In this document: positions 7,118 through 20,827 of the stretch, one piece after another
Numbering within the stretch: the stretch's first letter is position 1
How the letters are laid out: every line of letters begins with the position of its first letter
Source: a virus
Lineage: Duplodnaviria > Heunggongvirae > Uroviricota > Caudoviricetes
DNA length: 64,000 bases
Virus record (IMG/VR): IMGVR_UViG_3300026980_000004
Direction: 5' to 3' (one strand)
The notes under the pieces: model-generated
The model's database searches: none
The model's input: only the letters and a program-made list of their open reading frames with translations
What the model was told of the DNA's origin: nothing
Translations under genes and position numbers: made by a program

Positions 7118-10100
7118 TTATCTATATTTAAATTTCTAAAATAACTTCTTCAAATAATTCTGGAAAGTTTTTGAAATCATTAAATTTCGTTGTTTTACGT
7201 TTATTGTCTAATGAATAATATTCGCCAAAATTATCATCATATATGTATTTTTCACCAACTTTAAAGTATGGGGATTCCTTAATAACAACCCATGCTTTTA
7301 TCTTTTTTGGAACATAATCCATTAATTTGATCCCATAAAAATAAAAACCATGATGATCTATATGTGAATCAATGTAAACTCTTTCCGCACCCTTATTTTT
7401 TAATGTTGTCAATTTTTCAATTAATTCATCAATTCTTGGGGGTGGAATATCATTATAATTATTCGGGGAATGTATTTCAACCCTATTATCATCATTATTA
7501 GGATAATAATATTCTAAATCGATATCTGTAATATCAAATTTACCTACAAGTACTTCTGTATATTTTTTACTCATCATCTTCAATACCTTTAAAAATTAAA
7601 TAAATTACAGAATATGTAATTGCTAATAAACCCAAAACGGGTAAATATGGTATTTCCCAGTTCACATTATGTAACAAGGCAATCCCTAATGCCATAATAA
7701 TTAATTTGTCAATAATTTTCATATAATATATTTAAATTTTTTTTGAAGATTTCGTTCTGCTAATTTATAAAAAAAAGATTTATCATGCAAGGGATTTTCA
7801 ATATTTATTAAATCCACATTCACAATTCCTTCGATATCTCTTGAAAAGTTATCCCATAAATCATTGCCATAGTATTGTGAATTCCCATTTCTAAAGTAAA
7901 CCAAATATCCGATAATATTTTTCTTATATAAATCTGATTTAATTGTTATTCTTTGTCTTTTAACAATTATCGAATCTTTAACTTTATTTAACTTACTTAC
8001 TTTGTGAACATTGTATGTGAATCCGTTTAATTGGAAAGACATTCCCTCGACAAATTCATTTATAATAGCTGCTGATAATTCACCGTTTTGTAAACAAGCC
8101 AAATCAAATACAGTCATTTTCTTATTAAATGTTTATAATTAAGCAAGAAACATATATCCAACATTTATTTTACTGGCTGTTTCCTCAGTATCAAACATTA
8201 AAGTATGTTCAGATTCTACTCCGTGAGAACTATCTTTTACTTTTATCCACCACCTATCATATTCACAATATGGGATTGAAAGTATTTTTGTTACTGTAAA
8301 TTCAATTACATTCATCGTTATTTTATTATTATTTTCTCATTTGATCTTAAAGCATCCATTATATATTCTGCATTATATCTTAATCCAGATTTAAAATTTT
8401 CACCATATTTTTTTTCTTCCTCTTCCAAAACTTTTTTAGCAATTGAAATTAAACTATATAAGTTGCTGGATAATATATATTTTTCCATTTTTAAATTAAA
8501 TTTAAATTTTTTAATTCATTTATAATATATTCTGCAATATATAATGATCGTATATTACTATGTGTCGTTGTATTATTAATTCTATTATCAATAATCGTAA
8601 ATTTATTTAAATTAATATGATCAATATAAATTGTATAATTTTTGAATAAATATTCTATATAATTTTGATATATTAATTTTTCTGTGTTAAATACAGGAAT
8701 ACCATATGATTCTAATATCCCCTCAACAACAAAAATATCAATATTTTTAGTTTCTAACTGATTTAAAATTTCGTTAATATATTTTCTGCACATTGTTACA
8801 TCAGTACCATCTTGACCATGCATCCAATCTTCACATCTTGTCAGAAATTCATCAATAAACTCAAGTTTTTCTACCATATCTTATTTAATTTTAATAACAT
8901 TACTTGATGATGGTATTATTTGTATCACTTCGCTAAAACCACCACCCAATTTATATATCCTCAACTCATTATCAACAATAGAACATGATAATTCACAATC
9001 ACCAAGTACAAATCTAATTGTTGTATCAACAGGTAACTCTTCTTCTGGTAAACCTTTCACCCTCTTTAAAACGTTATCAATTATTACTTTATTTTTCATC
9101 AAACCAATCAATTGAAATTAATAAACCAAACATATAAAACCATATACTAGAAGTACTTATTGATATTCCCAGTATTTTTTTATCAAATATATTTAAACCA
9201 CTATAACCATTATACCATTTAGAATTTCCATGACACAAATAATATAAACCTCCATATCTCGATTTTGTTATGTTAAATAAATTAATAACAATGTATGCGA
9301 ATAGAATTGTTATATATATTAAAACTTGTCTTTTCGTTCTAAGGTCTTCTCTAGGATTTGTTAGTACAATGTTATCATTGATTCTTAAGCCCATGAAATC
9401 AGCCCCAAAAACACTTAAACCAGTATATCCATCGTACCATTTACCAAAATATCTTTTATGGAAAACAGTACCCCAATAATATAATTTCATTTGTTTAATT
9501 TTTTTGCTCGATCTTCCAACATTTCCTTTGCTAATTGTATTGATGCGATATCAGCATACACATTATAATCACTTCTAACAACCATTTTATTTTTTACTGC
9601 AACACCATTTGGGGTATCAACCAAATTATATGTTATTAATATAAAATTTCTTCTTGTAATAACATCCCAGATTCCTTTTAATCTTTGTAAAAACCGATTA
9701 TTATCAGCAACATAACCATTTTTATAATCTTCTTTCATAATTTTCAAGTAATTTCATAAATCTTATTGCCGTCAAATTTTGATCGTCACTATAATACCAT
9801 GCATTAAAAACACGTAAAATATCATTTCTTGAATATATTCTTTTATGTGGTTTAACATATTTCTCTGCAAGGAATTCATCATAAAAAATTTTGTTTTTTG
9901 TTCTATAATTTTCATTCGATCTTATTTCATGTAAAAGATTTACTGCTTTTATTCTTCTAACAATAAAATCATCCCCAACAATATAAACAATTTGTTCAGG
10001 GTTAAAAATATCCATACCATCATCAGTTGTGAAAAACTTAGATACCTTTTTTATATTGTACAATGTATATGATGAACTTTTATCGGACATATTCTTTTTT

Positions 10101-13030
10101 TGAAAATCCATAAAAAATCTAACCTTATTTTTGTAGATAAAAATCTCCGATATTGGGAAAATACCATTCCAACATTCTACATATTCACCAACTTTAAAAA
10201 CTTCACAATCTGTTAATCTCTTTACTGATTTAATTTTTGAAATATTATTTGAATCCGTATAATAACCCAAAATTTCGTAATCTCTATTATTTTTCGGATC
10301 AATAAATTCCCAATATTCCTTATATAATTTATAAATATCTGTACCCAACCAATCCTCACTACAATCATTTTCATCGATATAGTAATGTATCGTACCCTTT
10401 TTGGGTGAATTTGGATATTCTTTAATTAATTTATACTGTATTAAATTTTTACTCATAATCTTTTTATTATAATTCTACCAATTTTTTCATCTAAAACATC
10501 CTGCATTGCATTTTTAATACAATTGATACTAAATTTTAAATAATTGTCGTTTAATGGATATGTTAATGTAATTATATTGGCTAATTTTTCATATGTGGAA
10601 AACCAAATCCGTTTTCTAATTTTCTCATATTTTTTTACCAACAATTCAACATCTGAAATATTAGATAATGTATTATGGTAAAATTCCAATTCTTTATTAA
10701 ATTGAATTAATTCATCAATAGAATATTCATATAATATTTTATATACTTTTTTTGGTATTAACATATTATTGATTTTTAAAATTTTAATATAATTTATGTT
10801 CTTTAATTTTAAAATCAATCCCTTTCTTAATCAATTCCTTTCTGATTATTTCCTTATCTCGTACATTGTTCTTAATAAATCTTAGCTTACCATTAACAAA
10901 TATTTCAAACTTTTTAATTTCTGTATTCATAATATTATAAATTAATTAATCCAATAATATAATCGTTCGTATCATATGAATAATGTGTTAATTCCTTTTT
11001 AAAAACATAATGATTATATCCATCAGAAATTAAAACCTCATCATCCGCCAATTTTTCAATTTCATTATATAGTTTCTCGATTATAACAATCTCAATTTTA
11101 ATATCATGAATTGTATCAAAATTATCAACAACAAAACTAGACTTAAATTCTTGAACAAAAAATTCATCAATGTCATTATATTTATTATAATAATTATTAT
11201 AATCATCACCAAAATCATCAGCACTTGGCATTAATGGTTTATATGATAATAAATTAGTTCTATACCACAAATCCCAACCACTTTTTTTATGAAAAGTACA
11301 TAAATCAAAACCCATACTATCTCCTAAGTCCCTTGCATCTTCAAAAGTTTCAAAACCAGTAATTGCCAATTTTAAATCTTTTGGATATCCATTTAAACCA
11401 GTTGTTGTTTCAATAACATCAAGTCCATATTCACTTGCAATATCCCTAATCTCCGATCTATCGTATATAACCCTATTCATCTTTATATCTGTCTTTTAAG
11501 TACTCATAATATTCAATACCATCTTCTGTTATACCAGTATCTGACCAATGACTAGAAATATCATGTAATAATTGTAAATCACTCCAAAAATGTATATTTT
11601 TAATATGTGAAACTTTATCATCCAATAAACGATCAATCTCATATGATTCCAATAGTGACGATATGGACTCAACATTTAAATGATAGTTGTTATTAAAATC
11701 AATTTTCATATATCTTCCAACCGCACATTTTTTACCATTATTCGAATATAAACATGTACCAGCAAGAGTTATAGACCTTCTTTCCAGTGGATTAACTGAA
11801 TAAAATTTCAGAGTATCCTCAATAATATCAATTGGTTTTAATTTCTTACTTTCCATTATATTTTATTTATTTTAATATGTCCAATATTTTTAACAAAACT
11901 TTTTAAATGTTGTGTTGAGCCATTATAAAAATCAATAAAATCATTTAATTTCATAATACCAACGGTATTTTCATCCATTTTAAAGTTGTAATTAATTAGA
12001 AAATTAATCACAGTCCTATTAATAGATAACATAATTTCATCGTCATTCATTAAATCATTTACTTTTATATCAAAAACCGTATGATTAATGAATTTGACAA
12101 TATCTAAATTATCAGAAGTTACAATATAAGTTTCCATATCTTTTAATTTATTTCTTTTTCAATAAAATTTTCAATCTCTTCATAATACTCTCCATCCCAT
12201 TCCCTATCTTTATTCTCTAGTTCAAATTTATCTGTAAGATCAATACATAAATCCCATATACCACCAGAACCATGTTGAATTTGAGTATCTTCTAATTTCT
12301 TGGGATAATTGTCATTATCCATCATTAATGTAATCATAGATACAATTTCATGGTGCGTCTCTGCCCAATTTCGAAAACCATTTGGAAATACCTTATTCAT
12401 GTTACTTTATTCAAAATCGTTATAAATACACTCAAATACATAATCTTTGTTTAATATAAAACTAATAATATATCTATTTTCGGGGTTTTCCAATGTAATA
12501 AAAATTTTACCAGAAAACCAATTATTACCACCCAATTGATTAAATTTATAATTATTCTCAATAGAAAAATTCTCAATATCATTAATATCGTATGTTTCGC
12601 CCTTTTTAAATTCTATTGATTCTTTTCTAACAGTTGGATAATAAACACCAAGCATATTACATCTATTATCGAATAGATAATCATTTGGGTTATCGATACC
12701 CGAAATATCGAAAACCTGTCCTTTAATTTCATTGAAAGTTTTTAACATTGTCATTTATATTTTTTGGTTGAACATTGTATCAGTAAATATAACACATTGT
12801 GAACAAAAAACAAAAAAAATCCCACAAATTTTTGCAGGATTTTTTACTCTTTTATTTAATTTTTTTAATATAATTAACAATTAATTTATCCAAAATAAAT
12901 ATTCTTTTATACCAAGACATTTTTAATATATCCAGAATAAATTTTTCAGCATTTATATATCTATCTTGATATTCTTCTGCCTTATTCATTAACCAATTAG
13001 CATCTTTTAATTCTTTTTTTTCCATAGTAA

Positions 13031-13396
13031 TTAAAAACTATCATCGTATGATAAACTCACATCGGTAATTAAATCAGTTGTTTTTTCAACAATAATTCTT
13101 ACTTTCTTATCTAATTTCTTAGATAGAAAACCACCCAACTGTTTAATCACATTACCATCTTTACCAACCAGTAAACCAGCTTCAATTAACACAATTGTAA
13201 CCGATAATTTCTCCTCATCTGATTCACTTATATCAATACTTGAAATTTTTAAAGCTTCGAAGCTTGGAATTTCTTTGTTATCGCCCTTAGAAAAAAATGC
13301 ATTTGTTAATAATACAACCTTTTCTTTCTCCTCAATTTTTGTACTTTTACCAATAAAGTTAAGTAACATATTAATTGTGTTTTGTTGTTTTTTCAT
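13031..13396 (-). CDS. Type II KH-domain protein (ribosomal S3 N-terminal-like)
   Basis: VTIVLIEAGLLVGKDGNVIKQL...KKVRIIVE, with the GxxG KH loop. Confidence 0.6.
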   Translation of the reverse strand: MKKQQNTINMLLNFIGKSTKIEEKEKVVLLTNAFFSKGDNKEIPSFEALKISSIDISESDEEKLSVTIVLIEAGLLVGKDGNVIKQLGGFLSKKLDKKVRIIVEKTTDLITDVSLSYDDSF

Positions 13397-14919
13397 AATA
13401 TAATTTATTTTATTTAAATAATTGTGTTTAAAATATCTTCAAAATCCTGACCATCATCAGTTGAATTATCCTCCCATTTATCACCTTCTGATTCAATAAT
13501 ATCCATTATAGATTTATCTTGAGTTAAATATCCCTTGCTATTGTCGGAAATTATATTTAATTCTTGTACCAATATTTTAATAGTATATCCATAATAATTA
13601 TTTAATGAATCGTTTTCAATATCTTTATTAATTTTATTTAATATCTCTTCCGATTTTTTAATCAAAGAATATGCTAAATCTAGTTTTTCTAACGTAGTCA
13701 TATTATTTAAATTATTTGTTTTACTATTTTTAAACCAGCCTCATAAATATCATATGCTTTTGCTTTTCTATCTTCTTTATTTAAGGATATATAAGTATTA
13801 GAATCGGGAATATATCCAATATCAAACATTGTTAATATTTTATTCCATTTATTACCATCGAATAATTCAAAATTGGAAATCTCTACTGCATTATGACACG
13901 TATATACAAATTTAACATGTCTATTTTTTATATTACCAATTATCGTAATATGAGTTTCCCTTTCCTTATTTGTCTCTGATTTATTTATTATATTCATTTT
14001 TATTTATTATTAAATAATTTCATAATTAAATCTGCAACCTTTTCAATGTCGTTTGTTGTGTATCTTACTGTTTCAAGTAATTCAATTAATTTTTCTCTCT
14101 TATCCATAACATTGTTAATATATTGAATTTTCAAAAATACATTCCGCAATTATTTGATCTGACCCATCACCATATGTTTCAATAACTTCATCCATTGAAC
14201 CATAAAAACCCTTTATTGCTTCGTTCTTTTCTTCATTTGAATATGTTCTTAGATTAATATTCATTTCGTGCATATATTTATCTTTATATACATACTCGAA
14301 ATACACCCAAAATTGATCATCGTGTTTATAACAAAATTGAACAGCATCTTCCCTTTCATCTGTATATTGAATTGAATCAAAATACATTTCCATTACAGTT
14401 TTCATTGTCGATTTTAAAATATGATTCTCATCATTATCATATATAAAATCAATATATGAATATGTACCATCATCCAACAATCGAATTTCACCCTTACCCA
14501 TTTTGGATTTTTTTATCACTTTCTTTCTCATAATAATATTATTTAACTACAATAAATTGATAAAAATCTTTATGATTCTTTAATTTATCATATATTTCAT
14601 CAACTGTTTTACCAGAAACGTATATTTTATTTATTTCAATCTCATGAAATTTTTTGGTTCTATAATATCTCTTCAATTGTTTTTGCCAACAAATACAATA
14701 TCTAAATGATTTATCGGGATTATCCCCATACAATACATCCGAAATAAAAATATATTTATTTCCATTAATACAGAAGTCCTTTGATTCATTTCTAAATTCG
14801 TATGGTTCAATTATGGCACTACCAAAAATAGAATCAATACTATTACTACCAAAATCCCAATCAAATTGTGGAATATCATTTTTTAATATTTTAATAAACT
14901 TATTCATTTCATTATTAAT

Positions 14920-15636
14920 TTAATCAATTACAAAACCACTTTCATCGTATCTTGCGTCACCCTTCGCTTTCAAACCAATAATAACACCACTTTCATTAGT
15001 GAATCTTAAATCATCAGCATCACCATCAATCACTTTATAACCCAGAAACTTTTCGGGTAATTTCTTTCTAAATACAACCGAAACATTATTACCAGTTTCT
15101 AAAATATCTTTAGTTAGTTGAATAATTCTACCCGAATAATAATCAACTTCACCACTAAATGAAAATGTTAGATGATAATTTTTTGGTAAGTTTTTATTAT
15201 ATCTATTTGCAATTTTGGTATAATCATAAAATGTAATATTTGGAAATAACTGAAAAATATTTTTATCTCCCTTAACTTTAATATTCTCCCACTGAATATC
15301 ACTTGTACCATTCAATCTGAAAACTGGAATCATATTATCTAATTTAGCTAATTTAATTGCAGTTTCAATTTCAAAAACTAATCTAGTTAAAAAATATTCT
15401 CTGTTCTCGATAAAAAGTAGTGTTCTTTTTAATCTCCCTTTTTGAACACTTGGAAATACACCCATACCTGCCGTATTTAGGCATGAATCAACACATCCAT
15501 TTGTCGCCATTGGACAAAGATTAACACCCTTGCCATTACCTCTATGAGGAATCAAATAAAGAATAAAGGTTCTATAACCCTTTTTTTCACCCTTAATTGT
15601 CTTAGCATTTCTAACATTTAATAAATCAAATCTCAT
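14920..15636 (-). CDS. Gp88-like phage protein
   Basis: CPMATNGCVDSCL, VFRLNGTSDIQWE and FYDYTK motifs. Confidence 0.75.
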   Translation of the reverse strand: MRFDLLNVRNAKTIKGEKKGYRTFILYLIPHRGNGKGVNLCPMATNGCVDSCLNTAGMGVFPSVQKGRLKRTLLFIENREYFLTRLVFEIETAIKLAKLDNMIPVFRLNGTSDIQWENIKVKGDKNIFQLFPNITFYDYTKIANRYNKNLPKNYHLTFSFSGEVDYYSGRIIQLTKDILETGNNVSVVFRKKLPEKFLGYKVIDGDADDLRFTNESGVIIGLKAKGDARYDESGFVID

Positions 15637-18600
15637 AATAATTGTTTTTTGTTCATTGAATACTCAAATATACGAAAGGATATCGGAAAACCAAAAAAGT
15701 ATAGTAAAAAAATAAATAATTTAATCAAATTAAATCCAAAATCTCATCAACTGTAAAATGTTCAATTGGTTCCCAAACCGATACAAAATCTCTTGCATAT
15801 GAATCACCTAAACCATCTTCACTCGCTTTAATTAGTTCATCATAATCATTTTCCAAATCATCACTAGATAGATAAAAACCTAATTTATTTAGGGTATTTA
15901 ATCTATTAAACTCAGGATCATTCACTATAATATCATCCGCCAATGGTATTAAATCAATATCCATTCTTAATCTTTCATTTATCTTAGTTAAGATATATTC
16001 AAATGCAGTATCCATAATATTATTTGATTAATTTTTTATTAAATTGTTTTACATACTCACCGTTGAAAATTTTAAAATTAATTTCCTCCGATAGCTTACT
16101 TTTAGTTAAATATCTTTTGAAAAATAATTTACCCTTATCGGTTAAACTATACCAATTTAATTGTTTTGGAGTTTCAGTATTATATGGTTTAATTAAACCA
16201 AATTTCATAATTGGTTTTACCTTACTCGGATATTCCATAAACATTAATCTTTCATCTAAATTACCATTGTGAAAGTAATTTAAATTTCTATAAATTTCCG
16301 TTAATACTTCATTTTCTTTTTTTAGAAAATGTTCAATTTTTGAATTTTTCATTTTACAATTGGTTTAAAATATCAATTAAATCGTGTATAGTACATTCAT
16401 CGAATAAGAAATATTGGTATCCTCTTGAATCAATGAATATTAAATTATCCTCATAATTACATAACTCCTCATAATTAAAAACTTCAACTTCCAATATTTT
16501 TTCACCCTGAATATGCTTCGAATATTTATCACTTTTCGAAATTTCATATTTTAACATATCAATTACACTATTTTCTAAAATCTGTAATTGAATATCAATT
16601 TCTTCTAATCTATTTTTATATTTTTCACCTTTCATTTTATAAGATATTTAGTCATACTCTGCGAAAATTGCAGTATTTGGATTAATTAACAAATAATAAG
16701 CACCGTTACCATAACCTGAAAACTCAGAACTATACCAACCTCTTAAAATACCATCTTCACCTAATTTAATTGAAATACTTTTATCTCTTTTAACTCCGTT
16801 AATTGCATATCTAAAATCTTTTTTATTTTCAATTGCATCTTTAACGGCATCCAAAACCCACTTAGGAAAAATACTTTTAATTGAAACTGTTTTTATTTTT
16901 CTCCCTGAATTTTCTCTAATATAACTCTTTTCATTGAAATTATCTAGCTTCAATTCATTTTTAATATTATCCCACATATTTTCATGTAGGTTATTTAAAA
17001 TATAATCACGGTTTTTCACATCCCAATTAATATTTTTATTTACCTTTTTTACCACTTCAATTGATTCTACGTCAGAATCATTAAATAAAACATATGGTGG
17101 ATAAACACTCCTAACCCTACTCGCTTTATTTGAAAGACAAATAGTACCATTAGTTGATTTATATAAAAATAATTTATACTCTTTTTTGGGTTTTCTAGTT
17201 AGTGTATAACCAACTAATTCACCCATTTCATTGTATCTTTTATTTGTTTTAACTCTCCCACAAAATGGAATTAAGATTTTTGGTTCTTTTAAAACAATTT
17301 TAATTTGTTTTTTTGGTTCATATAACTCAACCAATTTTCCATATACATCTTCCATAACCAATATTATTTATTTATTTTATTTAAATATTTATCAACATTT
17401 TCAAAAACATAATCCAAACCATATGAATCTACTTTTGAATCGGGGAAATCATCACCAGCTTTAATATTATCCCAATCAACTAAAATAAATTCTAAATCTG
17501 GATTATTACTTGCAACCGACTGCAAATTACCACCACTAATTTCAATAACCACTTTTACCTTTTCCATATCCTTGTTCGTTTTATTGATCAAATATAAATA
17601 AAATTTCCAAACAAAAAAAATTATTGGGAAAATTTTTCAATATTTTTTTCAATCTCCATTCTTTTTTGTGATTTATTTAAGTTAATTGTACTTTCAATTC
17701 CACAACTTTCTGCCAATCCCAAATAATACCAAATAAAATCATCTATCTCAATTACATCAATTTCAGTATTTATTTCCCAAATACCAATTTTATAATTATT
17801 TTCTTTCAAAAATTGTTTAATTAAACAATCTGTTACATAAATTTTACGTACACCCTTATCTGGATAATATTTTAATTCCCTTTTAGTTGGTACATAATAT
17901 ACAATATATTCAGTTAAACTAATTTTTTTGGTTTGAATATACCAATCATAGTTCTTTTGTCTATCTCTTGAAAACAAAAACCTCAAATCACTGGAAAAGT
18001 TTTCCCCATCAAATGGCTCAAACAAACCCCATTTATCTAATGTAATATTAATATTCAAATTCATGAAAATATTTTTTTAGTTTTTTAAGTAACTTAATAA
18101 CCTTCTTTTTTCCACCCCGATCTTTTTCAAACTCAATTAAATCTTTAATGATTTTAACCATTAGTTTATTTCCCTGTTCTGTAGTTAATTCCTCAAAGAA
18201 TAAATATTCAGTTAATCTCTTCTTTTCTTTACCTGTTAATTCAAATTGAATAAAATCAAGCAAATCCACCTCAACTTTATGTTTAAAATTTTTCATAATT
18301 ATTTTATTAATTTATATACTTTATTTTTTTCACCGTTATAAACTAAATCCGAAATTTGATTAGTAGCAATCAAATTAAATAATTCCATTTCTTTTTTCTT
18401 ATTTCTTCTTTTTGTAGGAAATAACAAGATTCTGAAATTGGTATTATTGGTTGGTATAACTCTTACCGAACCAAATTCAGTTCTTTTTCCAATACTGAAA
18501 TATCCCCAATATCCCTTTTCTTGCTCATTACCAGTAAACCAATTAGTTGTTGATTCATTAAAATCAACTGAAATAATTACACAATTATTGTTTTCTTTAT

Positions 18601-19477
18601 CAAATATCTTCTTCATTGTAATAACCGTTTGTTTCATTGGTTAAATTTACGAATAAAAAAACTAGAATCAAAGAAATTTTAAAAAATATTTAAAAAAATT
18701 ACTTAAAACGTTTTAAAAATTCTCCTATTTCAAAACCTTCATACATAGTTAAAATTTCAGCATATGTACTATATCCTGTTAATAATTTTAAACTATCCAA
18801 TATTGATATATTATCCTTTGTCATTAAATAATCCTCCCAAACATTATCAATAACTGTATCTTGATCTATTTTAGATAAAATAGATATAGCATCTTCAATC
18901 AAATATTCTGCATATTCAATACCTGATTCAATTGATCTTTCCTGACCACCTTGCATAACATTATTAATATATATTACATACCAAAATGTATTATATTTAC
19001 TTTCTGCTATTTTAATTAAATTGTTTTTATAGTTTTTCAACATCATGGATAACCAATAATTCATTTAAAATTCTTTTTTCCGTACTAGGTGCAACATTAC
19101 AACCCATAATTCTGATCATCTTAAAATAATCCTCCTTTGATTTAATAATCTTTAAATCACTCAAATATACAACACCATCAGCATCAGTCCTAGCTTCACC
19201 CATATCAAAGATATCTAATACAATTCCAATCGTATTATATCTTTTATTATATACAACATCGTTAATTTTTAACATAATTCCTTTTCAATTTTTGTGTTAA
19301 TAATATCATTTTCAACTGTAATTTTTCTTGTAAAAGTTTCAGAATCATCTGGAACTAAACCCGAAGTATTTGTAGCATGTACTAATGTATTTAAAATATT
19401 AATACATATCTCCGATATTTCATTATCAGTAGAAATTTTATCCTCAAATTCTAATTCAATTGTAAATCTATGCTTTT

Positions 19478-19723
19478 TCATAATTTATTTAATTTAATAT
19501 ACTCAGTTTCACTTAATGTAATATAATTTCGATATCCCGAACTAACAAAATTAAATAAAATGGATACGGGAGTACCATCAACATTTGGATTATAAACATA
19601 TAATTTAAAATCATAATTACCATTCATTTCAACAATTACATCGTCAATCGTATTTTCCATATTACAAATTAGATTAATAACGTAATCTTCACCAAATAAT
19701 AAATATATATTATCGTTTTTCAT
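19478..19723 (-). CDS. Hypothetical protein, paralog of 20582-20827
   Basis: Shared DVI...YxLYxYNP..D.P..IL..F..SG...Y.T pattern. Confidence 0.6.
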   Translation of the reverse strand: MKNDNIYLLFGEDYVINLICNMENTIDDVIVEMNGNYDFKLYVYNPNVDGTPVSILFNFVSSGYRNYITLSETEYIKLNKL

Positions 19724-20581
19724 TTTACTAATTTATCTAATGTTTTTTCAATAAATGGACAAGTTGTGGGTATTGTTTCAGTATTCACTTCATTTTCTGT
19801 TTTTTTACAAATAAAAACATCTTCACTCCAAGAAGTACCACCATATAAACAATATGGACAATCACCACATTTATCAATAACCATTTCAATTATTACTTTC
19901 ATCTTCTACAAATACTTTACTTTCATCAATATTTAAAACATCAACTGCATAATCTTGGATATTATCAAATAAATAAATTATTCCAAGTACCAAATCCTTT
20001 GTTTTTTTACTGTTAGTTGAATCATATATATCCAATAACATATTTTTTTGTTCCCTTAACATTTCCCAATCAATATCTTTAATAGGATTTTCCATAACTT
20101 TTAATTAAAACTATTTGTTTGTTTATTATAAACTCTGAAATCTAAATCAATTGAAATATAATTACTCCTATAAAAATGAAATGAATTAATTCCATATGAA
20201 GTAATATATACTGCTTCTGGAAAGTATATATCCCTTAAAATTCCACCATATTCTTTAAACTTTCTATTACAAATACCCTTGATTCTCTGAGCAACACCCT
20301 TACCATACAAACCACCCCGATATTTATATTGTAAACCAATATTTATAAAAATACTGAAATTACCAAAATCTCCCCAATCATTTATTTGAACAGAATCAAC
20401 AAATTCAAACTCATTTTTTAAAACCTCATTTAGTTCATTTACAATTAATTGAACCTTAACTATTTCTTCCTGTGTTGTCATTTCTTATATCATTTAAAGT
20501 TTCATTGATCAAATATAGGTAAAATAAACATGAAAACAAAAAAATCTCAGAAAATTTCCAAGATTTTTTTATTAATTTAAT

Positions 20582-20827
20582 TTATCCATTACTTAATCTC
20601 CTGAATTCTTCCTTTGTTATTGTTGAATATTCTTCTTCACCACTAATAATAAATTTATGTAATATAATAGCAGGACTATCAATTTCTGGATTATACTCAT
20701 AGAGTGTATATGAATGTCCTTCTTCTTCAATAATATTAATAACATCAGTAATTGAATTATTAATATCCACTAATGATTCAATTAATTCATCACACGCAAA
20801 TATAAAATATGTAATATTATTCTTCAT
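20582..20827 (-). CDS. Hypothetical protein, paralog of 19478-19723
   Basis: Same shared pattern as 19478-19723. Confidence 0.6.
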   Translation of the reverse strand: MKNNITYFIFACDELIESLVDINNSITDVINIIEEEGHSYTLYEYNPEIDSPAIILHKFIISGEEEYSTITKEEFRRLSNG